Part shown: positions 49,532-61,500 of the stretch, in pieces
Layout: each line of letters begins with the position of its first letter
How positions within the stretch are numbered: the first letter of the stretch is position 1
Assembly (NCBI RefSeq): GCF_964204865.1
Contig: NC_135254.1
Location: 11,160,001 to 11,224,000 of the forward strand
Length of the DNA: 64,000 nucleotides
Direction of reading: 5' to 3'
Source of the DNA: Styela clava
Taxonomy: Eukaryota
Notes under the pieces: model-generated
Databases searched by the model: none
Told to the model about the DNA's origin: nothing
Seen by the model: only the letters and a program-made list of their open reading frames with translations
Translations under genes and position numbers: made by a program

Positions 49532-52500
49532 ATGGAAGTGGAGATTAACAGTGATGAAGATGAAGTTGTAATTCCAAAGTCTACGTCATCTCAAAAGTTG
49601 ATTGTACCGAATGGGATTGAACGTTGTGCCAAAAATAATAATGATGTTGAAATGTCGAAGAATCATAGAAATAAAAAAACCATAATTGAAGATAAAGAAA
49701 GAAATAACGCGGTTGAAAATTTGGAAGATGTCTACATTATACCACCACCATCTGGAAATAATGTTGAACTTGAGTTATACAATTTAGATTCTAAAAAACT
49801 GAAGATCAGTAATTCAATGTTGGATCAAAATAATGACTTACGTATTAATAAGTTTACTGCTTTTAGAAAAAACAATTCTTTCCCTCTTTCTGCCGATTCA
49901 AACGGACCTTTTGGACAGCTTAGTAAATCAGAAAATTTTCAAATTCCATTACAAAATGGTGTAGTAAAAAGACTCTTACCCCCGATTAAAAAAGTAGCCA
50001 ATAAAAAGCACAGAACACTTTCAGACACTGATATTATTTCTTATGATTTCGAAAGTATGCCGAATAAATCACTATCTACCATCGACGGATCACCTGCGAA
50101 AAGTTTATCAATAGAACAAACAGGTAATTACTCAATTCATTTATATTACGTTTACTGTATAATCAATTTCTGAAAATAAATTTGTGTTTTCTTTCTTCAC
50201 ATCACATTTGATTTGATTTGAAGACTTTCAAATTTGAAAATCTTTATTTTTTTTCAGTAAAATTACTGATTCTAACTTTTTGTCTTTGAAATATATCCTA
50301 ACTAAGTTAGAATTTGTTACTATTCCTTATTAAATATTTACATTATTATGACATACTAGTATTGACATTGAGTTGTGTCACACATGATGAATACTATGCT
50401 ATGCCGGTATTACATATTTCGAGGTCTATGGATCTGGGCCTTGAGGGGGGGCATAATCAAGGCCCCTCACTAGGTGCCATTCGTAATGCTTGCACTTATT
50501 TAACATAAACTGACTTTTTTGGTTTAATAATTCGTTGACTCTAATACATAATGCTTTCATTTAATAATTGATGGAAATATGTTAAAAGCAGGGGCAGTAT
50601 TGAGAATCTTTGAAAAGGCAGTCAAAAATGATCAATTTTCAGAACGACTGTATGTTTTCCATCGTTCAAAGACTGATGTATTTCATTGTATAGCCTATTC
50701 AAAAAATTTTATATAAAATTATGTATATTTTGAAATTTCCGATTACAATTTTTTAGCAGATGAAATGGCTGTGAAGTTCCAAGTAGGAGGAGATGATGAT
50801 GATGATGATGAGTTATCTGATGAAGAAACATTTGATACAAGTACATCCTCTGATCATGAATCTGAGCAACAATCTTCAACATCTTCCTGTTCAGAAGATG
50901 AAGAAGTAGAAATGGTAGGTACAGGATGATTAAAGTGGGAAAATAGAAACTGATAACTAATATATTCAATTGTTAGTTAAATAGTGATTTTGACTTTGAA
51001 GATTGCATTGCATTTTGTTTGATAAATTTTTCAAATTTCTAGTAAATAATTGTATTGTAAAAAAGCTTTGGGCTCATAAACTAATCAATTTTCAAATCCT
51101 ATTTCCTTATATCATAAAATTTTATTTGCACTTCATTATTATGATGGCGACATTGTGTCGAAATGATATACAAAGACAAATCAAAATAAAATTTTTTCTT
51201 AGTTGTCTCATATAACGGTAGTTCTGATTGGTGTGTCGCAGAATATCAATCCATTCCCTACAAATTATTCAATACCGTATCCGCCGGCACTAAAAATTCT
51301 CATTAAATGTTAATATTTATTAAAAATAAATTAGCGTATCCGAGTACCAGTATCTTATTTAATTAAAACTATTTCTTGTCGTAATTTAATAATATCAATA
51401 AATTTAAACTTTTTTACCAATGCATTGACGACGTCTTCAAATGCTTTGAAGTTTGTGAGTAAGTCAAATGTCAGTTTGAAAGTTTGGAACGTCTGCCGTA
51501 TTATATTTCCCTTTTTGAAAATTTAATGTGAATTTTGTAACTTTGTACTTCAATCAATCTGCATAATATATATATATATATAAATATCTCTTTAACAAGT
51601 GGTTTTTTCATTTCCTGCCCAACAAAATATAACAACGAGTTCACTCATTCTTATATTATTAAACAATATTCATCAGTCATGACCATAATACATTATTCAT
51701 TCGGCTGTTTAATATAGAATTAAATTGCATATGCATTCGGTATAATCTTCATACACTAATGAAATTAATTCCTGATGTTATAATACAAGGAATTGGTTCT
51801 CCTGTTCAATTCATGTTTTATTATTACCTGTATTCTGTGACTAGCATATGCTGATGTATATGGCAAATGAATGATTTGTTTTCTATATTGACATGTACCG
51901 TAGTTATAGATTTGGGGGAAATTATACAGACAGTTGCGTGATTTTAAGGCTTGCATACCCCGCATTGATACCCTAGCCAGCTCGTGACCTCATCCATAGT
52001 AGCGAAAGATTAATTAAAATAGGATTACATTAGGATAGGATAGGATTTACATCAGCGCTTTTCAACCAGGGGTCCTCGGCCCACTAGTGGGCCGATGAGT
52101 ATTTCGTTGCGGGCCGCGAATTCGTTGCCAAATTATTCGTAATTTTCTATATTTTGTGGTAAAATTGGAATTATTTGGACTTTTAATAGGATAGCAATAC
52201 ATTTCTAAAGAGGATCTCAATCGATACCAGGATAATACTGCTTTCATTTTTCCATATGTATGAAAATACGAATCAATTACGAATTTAATTATGATCGGGC
52301 AGTTTACCACAAATTTTATGTCCGCAGATTGCAGCGATATTTTAGAATAATATTACTTTCATTTTTTCGTAAGTCATGAGTTAAGTTGAACAAAATTTAA
52401 TTAATAACAGGTACAGCATTTTAAATGCTGGTATCGGTCATGGATTCGAATATTTTTTATCTACAGAAAATCATCCTAATAAAATTTGATACTTTTAACT

Positions 52501-55500
52501 ATCATTATCAAATATATTTGTAAAAAAGCAGGAAAAAGTATAAATTATTTTTGGGTATCATAACAATTACGGCTTCACATAATTTTCACCGTTCCGACGT
52601 AACGGAAATTAATGGGTAAATAGGAAGCCTTGCAGGGGCTTGGCGTCAATTCCCAATACGAAACTGTGCAAAATTGTCGCAACCATACGCGACACACGCT
52701 CGCACAGCAGATAACAATCAAGGTATCGATTTTATTTCCTCACCATTACAATGGATGTTTCCCTGACCTTTGACCCCAGAAAAATTCTTCCTATACTTTA
52801 CTATGGCAAAATTTTATATGCTGTTTTGAGAGTATTTTGGATAGTTGGTGAATATAAACTGGTGCACCTGTTCTTCGGTTTCTAACCGATATTCTATCAA
52901 ATGTTGATTTTCTATTTTCTCAATTATTGTTATAACTTGTCGATTTTAATCGGTAAGTATGTTGATAGGTATTTGTCTGTATGTATGTTAGATGCACGCG
53001 ATATCTCACGAAAGCGAGATTGAATCTGCTCCAGATTTTGCACGTGCATTCATCTTATCTCGGACCAGCAGCCTATTGATTTTGGGCAAATTATGTCACA
53101 TAATTAGCGAGTTAATAATTAATTAGTGATGGGACACAAGGTGTCACTATGGAGTAAGAGCGCTGTTTTGGGGGATCCCCTAACTTTCGATCGATAAGTC
53201 TTCGGTCTCTGACCGATATTCTCGTTTTATATATTGATAAACCGTATAACTCGCCTTACACATTTTTGAACCATGTAGGCCTACCAATTGCTTTTATAGA
53301 TAATTTATTTCGTAAGACTAAGAGTCTTCATAAGAACATATAGACGGAGCTATAAACTCATAAAGCTCAAAATCCATTTATTACTGCTGTTGATTAATGA
53401 TATTTAAATTGTCTTCTATTTGATTGATCAAATATTATTCTTTAGAAACCGGTTTGGCTATGTATTGCATACGCTAGGTAGGTTGGTGAGCTATCTTAAT
53501 AATAACTCTTATCCGGCCCGGAGTAGTTTTGTGCGTTTTTTTCTCTGTAATATTTTCTTACCTGTTATTCATGTTATCTTGCTTTTTAACTTATTGGATT
53601 GCTTTTGCATTTAATTCTCAATTCTTCTTGGGCCCTGTAATGACTCCAGCACCAGAAAACCTCGCCCCTATATTACCTCATTCTCTATTTGAAGGTGAAC
53701 TAAACAATGTCCTTGGTTACCGGCACCGTACTCTGTGCGGCCATATCTTTGAAATGTCGTTCCCATGGTTACATAACTGACGGTGCTCGGAGTCTAGTGT
53801 TGTACATATTTGGTTTGACTTTTGCTGTCTTTTTTTCTTCATGATATAATGTTTGACTTCTTTCTCTCTTCTGTTTATATTTCTGTTAGACTAATTCGCG
53901 GGTGTCGCTGCTCGTTAACCAGTTTTGGTTTCTCGCGATTCCTTTCGCCCTGAGATGCCGTATTTAAATGCCTTTATTATATTTATTTGCATGAAGTGTT
54001 TTTTTTTTCGGTTTGGTGAAAAAATAAATTACTGATTACTGATGTTTACAACCATGCTTGAATTCCAATTGGTACGTCATTATTGACTTACTGCTGATTA
54101 GCCATTGTTACGGAAATAAACATAGTTATCGATTGTTGGGGGAATATCTATATCGGGAGGAATTTTTTAAAAGCTTTCCCTCAAAGTGGCTATTATTTGA
54201 AAATTTGCCGAAGAAGTATTCGAATATCTTGATATTTGATTCCTTTTGAACAACCCTGCCCCGACCTCTGAAAAAAAAACGTTAATAAAGGTTCTCCGCA
54301 AAGTAAAACTCTCAATGTAAGTAGGCCGCAATATAAAAAGATTGAGAAGCACTGATTTACATATTTATCAGCCTCCTGTTCAGATGGAATTAGTTATTTG
54401 TTTCAGATGCATGAACTTGATGGTGGAGAATGCTTTACCGACCAGCGGTGGTTACCGGAACCATCCTACGACAGCGAGGACACCAGCAATCCTCTTGCAA
54501 ATAATTCCTCCACAGAATTCGAACTTACGAATCTACTTAGGGTAATCAGCGATGCGGTGGCCAGTGCAATTCTAACGTTCTAATGTTTAGCATGATGCAT
54601 CTCATCGTCGATTAGTAGGAACATTGATAAACTTTAAAACTTAAAGTGTATAATATAGCCTGTTTGGAGATGAGTATGATGTGTATTACTGTATTTAAAA
54701 ATAAAGGATGATGTATTTTTTATGAACTCATGATTGTGATTTTTCAGTAAAGAAAGTCGTTTCTGTTCAAGTGTTAAAATGTCACCTTCAGTCTCATTCT
54801 GGAAAATGCTACTTCATTGATTATTTGAGATAAATCCTTTGTTTAATACCCTCTTGCCTTCATTAATGCAAATCATTAATGCAATACTCGCTATGCAATA
54901 ATCCTTTCAATCATTAATGCAAGATATTGAGTGTCTACTGCATGCATGTGGCTTTGACAGCATTGTTATATTTGGTTTTATTATGAATTGCATAATGTTT
55001 GAATTTGATATAGACTTATCTTATGTTGAGGTTTGAATATTATATCATTCAGTCAGTTTACAGTCTTACAGAGTTCGTAGGCGAGAACTAAATATTCATG
55101 TGAAGTGCCAGTTGAACTCTTAGATCACAAACTGCTTTTGACAAGATAAACAAAAGCAAAAAAAATAGGTTTTATATTTAGGTGAATCTTTTCAATATAA
55201 ACAAGGAATCATATTAGTAATGTTATTTGACATGATGATGCTAGCGGAAAAATGGCGAATATTCTTTATGTGTAATGCAAAACTTTCCAAATGCCGATTC
55301 AGGGATGTCCAAAACGAATAAAATATTCAAATACATTAGAAATTCATCATATGTGATGTAGTAAATTTTTGAATTTAGTAATAATTTAAAACATATTTAT
55401 TTAAAAATTAGGGATTTTGAGTTGTCAGACAAGTAGAACAAAACACACGATATCTCAATTGGTAAGAAACAACACAGAAAAAACAATGACCTTTTAGATT

Positions 55501-58500
55501 TGATCAACATTAAGATATAGTTTTTATGTAATTTTCCACATCAAATTTAGCCAATGTAGAATGTATGCCAATTTAGAATGTATTCAACATTTCATATTCA
55601 AAAATATTTTCTCTGAATGTATTTGAAATATTCGGTTTTGGCCATTTCTGACCGATATATTTCATTGCTCAAAAAAAGATTGTTTATTCATTCGTTCAGT
55701 CATTATTAATGTTTTTTCATTATTTAATAATGATACTATGTCTAGTAATCAGAAATAAGTAAAGCTACGACTAGATTATAATTTATCGATAGTTTGGTAA
55801 CTACTGGTCTGAATTCAGGCAGGTTCAGGAATCTAAATTAATGCCAGTTTAAAATTTATTTTTATAATAGCCTTCCTTATTAAATAATTGGTGCTTTTTG
55901 ACAGTTTGATTGATTGATAAGTTTTAACCTTTTTCTCAGGCAGGTTCAGGAATCTAAATTAATGCCAGTTTAAAATTTATTTTTATAATAGCCTACCTTA
56001 AATAATTGGTTTTTATTGACAGTTTGATTGATAAGTTTTATCCTTTTTCTCCTTTTCTGTTAATAAAATTTAAAGATTTTATAAAAAACACAAATGCATC
56101 TTTCATTCAGTTTCTGTCATTGTAGAACAATTTTGAAATGATAAGAGAAGTTCTAATCTCTAAAACTCCCATCAAATATTAACAGATCTCATAATACAAT
56201 TTTTTTAAATTTTTACAGAACACCTTGAATATTTCTGAAAATCTCCAAACAAAACTTCTCAAAGTTTTAAAATTGGAAGAAATAAGAAGCAAGAGCCCGA
56301 CGGCATCAGTTGCTTCAGCTCCAGTGTTCCCGAATAAAAAACGACTTTCATTAAGCGATGACGAAGATAACATAAGTGTAGTGTCAGATTCTAAGGTCAG
56401 TCAATGATTCAAAATATTATTGTTTGAAGGACTTAGTTGGGCCTTTCTAAGCTGAATTTCTTTGATACTGTTTTAATAACTTGATATTTTTGATTAAATT
56501 TACTTTATTTTCGTATCAGGTTATCAGAATACGCTCTGGATCAAGTAAAAATCGAGGAGGGGTGTCACGTAATTTATTGACCCCTGAAGATCGAAAGTCG
56601 CGCAAAAAATCAGCTTCTAGCGATATAGAATTTATGGCAAAACAAAAGGATGCTGATCTCTCACCACGCAGTGCTCTTGGTGATGAAATATTGGATTATG
56701 ATGATGAAATATCAGAAACACCCTCAACTAGATCAACCGGAATTTTACCTGCTTTATCTTCACATGGTGTGAGAGAAAGGTAATTTGATGAAAATATTTT
56801 TTAGTAATTTTTTGAATTTTTAAACAGCATCCATTACTGTGGAGAATCAATGCTCTGTAAAGGCATGTAATGTCAAAAACAGGTTAGTTTGTTATCTCCA
56901 GACAATTTACTTTCGCTAGTCTTGTCAAGTTCACTGCCCAATCATTTGTTAAAAATTTCAATTGACCTTTGGGTTTTCAATTTAATTTGGCTCAAAAGCC
57001 TTTCACAATATTTTTGGTAGAACAACATACTTGGCATGGGTCTACCATAACAGTTCGCCTATCATCAATGTATTAAGCTAGAACTTTAGTTGATAAAACT
57101 ATGCACCAAAATGTAATTTTCCTCTTAAATAGAGAAGAGCGTCACTCTTAATAATTAATGCTGTCTGATTGCATATCCGGAATAAATTATTCAACTAATC
57201 CAGTTTTGTTCCAACTTTGTAACGTCACACCCTTTATAAAAGCATAGAATTATTTAGTGTTTTGTTAATTGGTATTGGGAAAGTACTTTCTCTCATGTGG
57301 TCCATTTTCATTTTCAATATGGGGATTTCATTCATCTGTAATTTTGTTGGGGTCATAAATTTACTTCCCATTTCGGCCAATTTCAGTCGGTTCGCCCAAT
57401 CTTAAACGACCCGAAAATTGACTGTACCATATATAATGTGTGGCTCAGTGATTAGATTGTTTATTACCATTATCATGTCTATGCCAGACATGGCCAAAAC
57501 TGAATATTTCACTATTACGAATACATTGTCAGAAAATATTTTTGAATATGGAATATTGAATACATTTCAATTTGTGGGGAAAATTACATAAATATGTACA
57601 CAATCTAATCTTTTTTTACATCTTGTTTTTTTTGTGCCACAACTAGCTGTATAGCAGAGGGCGTTGATAAGTAAAATATGCCATTTTATATTTATTTTTA
57701 TGGTATTAATAAATCAGCATTGTCAATATGGGTCCAAAAAACATATTTGTGAAAATTTTTCAATGGGTTATGTTTATTAATAAAGCTAGTAGGTGATGGT
57801 AAATGCAATATTATACACCCCAGCCTTGTTAGGAGTAAACTTTTTGAACTACAATAAAATATACTAGGCCTATAATGTATATAAATATTGCAATTCGAAT
57901 ACTATTTATTATATAATGCGACAATTATCTATTGAAATACTGTATATCAGAAAACTACCGGTATTCTTCAGCCCTCAGAATTTTGTTATTACAATTTATT
58001 TCATAATTATGCTGTAGAATTCTGTAGAAAAACAATTTAAAACAGTGTATGTTTGTATTGGTGCGACGGGAATCTCCACTATTAACCAAAACCAAATATT
58101 CAATGTTATTCTTGAAGCTTTCATAACAAAGAAATCGGATTTAATGAAAGACGCAACAATGAGATGGAAATTCATTTAGGTCATGTCTCGTAAAATGGCG
58201 TTTTTTTGATCAGTTCTATTCAGTCTGTTTCTCCCATTTTAACAATGGACATTGAAAGTTGTGTTCTGTTGGCTTGTGCTTCATTCAATGTTTCGTACAT
58301 ATTATGTTTAGGAAAAGAATAAATTGGTTGACGGTTGACGCACACAACAACGATCAATCCATTATCAATTGGCTAAATTAGATAACACGTATCAAGTGAC
58401 CATACGTTTCATTAAGTCAGTAGTAGTAGTTCTCATACTTTCAAGATCCATGGCTCCCTTCCAAACACTCTCATCCTTTGTGAACACCTGAACTTCTATG

Positions 58501-61500
58501 AAAATACTAAGTTTATAGCTTATTGCTTTTTCATTAGTTATTTTATGTGGCGTGCTTAATTTTAATAAAAATAATAAATAATAAATGTATTACAGTCAAA
58601 GAATTTACCCAATATTTTATAAAAGTAGACATGAAATGTTGCATTATATTCCTAATTTGGTCATGTCGATTTGGAAATCCTTGTCAACAATACATATACA
58701 AATCCAATCAATTGCTATACATATTATTTTTTCCTAAATGAAGTACCCTACATTTATTTAGATATTTCTATGTTGAAAGTGGCATAAAAATAACCAAAAT
58801 CTATTTTATGTCATAGCTTAGAAGATATTTCTTGCCTAGGAAGTATTACTCTATAGGTGTGATGCAGACAAACCAATCCAATTAATTGGAAAATTTTCAA
58901 ATTTATTGGTAAATATGATTCCAATACCCCGCAGACACAGTTTACAAAATCAGTATATAAAAACTTGCATGATTTATCAGCTCAACCAATGAGTATTGTC
59001 ATTAGTCTGCAAACACTCCACACCCTAGGATCAAACATTTTATTTCATTATTTATTGCCTTCTAAGATTTGTTTGGTAACTGTTTTCATAGTTCCTATGT
59101 ATTAAGGTATTGTTTAAATGTTTGTTATATACACAAATGAAAGCTTGTCTGTGACGTTGGTACAGCTTGTAGAGGGGAAAAGTGCTTGGTTATAAACTTA
59201 TAACGGGTTATATCATAGTTGATAAATTTGTATAATATACATCAAAAGATGGCCTATTTTTATAAGAAATTGATGTTTTTCATTGATTTTGTGAAGTCTT
59301 ATTCGATTTATTTTGGGAAATGATTATTTATTTAAATAGTTCGTGGACAAAAAATTATGCCTATTTCGGTGTTATAAATAAAAAAGGTGAAATAAAATTT
59401 CCCTTTTTCAATTTGATAAATATAATAGCCTACTAAGTGAAACCGAGAGTTATAGTACAATCATGCTTGGCAAAAGACATTCCATGACATAGATATATAG
59501 CAACCCATTGTCATCTCTGTGTGACCGGCGAAACATAACACTTTTCATAAAATCATTTATATTCAACTGTGTCATCATCATAATGTTTTGTTGGTTGCCA
59601 GACAATAGACAAATTGTATTGTTCTTGGTCTTATCTACACAAGTAACCTCCGACCGGTTTCATTCTTCTATTATTGCGTCCATCCCATCTACATAATTAT
59701 GGAATCTCAGCTGATCTGATATGAAGAAATAAGTGTTTTTTTGATGTTGATGAACATTAATAATAGCTGTTTATGTGAGGAGAAATGGTCATGGGTTCCA
59801 TTCAATACCTAATCATCAATAAAATTCTTCATGATCATTGGTTTATGTACACTAAGTGCACATGCTAAATTGTTTTTATGGTGCGAAAATTGCCTTTCTC
59901 TGCAACTGACTCATATTATTTCAATTGAAGCGGGATCATTTTTTTTATCCCAATATGTTTGACTGACGGCTTTCGTCACTGTATTATAAAACAGGCACAT
60001 GGCCTCCATGCCCATATATTGTGAGCAATGCTCTTTTTTTTCAATTACTGTTTTTTTTTTATTCTTTGGTGTTTGGTGTCATCATCATATCATAATGTTT
60101 CATTTCAGTACTTATCAATGATAGGTATTACTGTCATCAAGTAGTGAATCTATGCTTTACTTTATATTTCAGGAATTTTCTTGTGGGAAATTTAACGAAA
60201 CATGGATCACTACTTGGAGCTGACGAATTGAACAGATATTTTCCTGATCGTATGCTGAGGTTGTTTGTTGGTAAGGAGGTCGATCATTTCATTCATAGTC
60301 AAACAATGTTCCTGAATAGTTTATCATTGATATCATGCTATTCCGGTTCTCTTACCTTGTTCTATACAATTAAGTAATTGTGGCATTCAATTGCGCAACA
60401 CTCAGTATAGTCTTAAGTGTCCAAATAAGGTTTCAGTATACTTAAAAATCTGTTATCTTCTCTGAGAAAAATGCATCGTACAAGTTTTACTGTAATATAT
60501 CCTAATTAATAACTATTTATGTGAATTAACATAAAAGTGATGTTTCTAGTTCTGCCATATTATGTATGCAATTATGCAATATTATATCAGATTTTCAATC
60601 TTCTTTCAAACAAGGATGTTGCTTTCAAATTACATGTGTGCGTACACTCTCAGTCATATCCAAAAAATGTCTTAATAATGGAACAAATTTCTTAAACAAA
60701 ATTTGAGTATCTGCATGTTACATTCTCCCAGGAACATGGAATATGCAAAGAAAAGGCGTTCCAAGAAATTTGAATGATTTTTTATTACCTCAGCACGAAG
60801 AATATTTGCAAGATATGTATGTAATTGGAGTGCAGGAAGCCACACAAGATTTGTAAGTCCTAAGATGGTATCGTTTTTTTTGACTCGTATGATTTAAAGA
60901 ATGTAATGACAACCAAATATAACATTTCAGTAAAAAAATTGTATATTATTCTCGGACCTCCAGAAGTATGCGCACCAAGATGGCGCACAACCTGAACCTA
61001 GTAGGTGTGTACCGGTAAGGATTCAGGTTGTGCGACCTATTCGTGCGCATACTTCTGGAACACCTTATTCTCACTAAAATATTATTCAATAATTAAAATA
61101 CTTAGATTAATCGGAGTAGGTCTGTTGAGTTTGTTAAATTCTTTGAACTGATGGCATTCGTATTCAGTGTGATGCTGAGCAAGCGTAAGTTCAATACAGG
61201 AGACCACGCCACGCCTATTGTGTCAATTCCTATACAAATATCTCTTGGCAATATATTATTACGATTCATAGCTTGTGGCAGAGCTGAAGTTTTTCTTAGA
61301 ATTGTACAGTCTTGATGACATCCCATCAAGTTCACTTGGTATTGAATAGTCTTTTGAAAACCTGTGTGATTTTAACCTTCAGTATGTTTGTCGTTACCTC
61401 ACTGTTGTCACAGTAATGTGCTACTTGCACTTTTGTCAAGATTTTTTCAAGTACCTGCTCATGTGTTCGAGAGTTCTCATTTAAAAGCGCTGTTGCTTTG

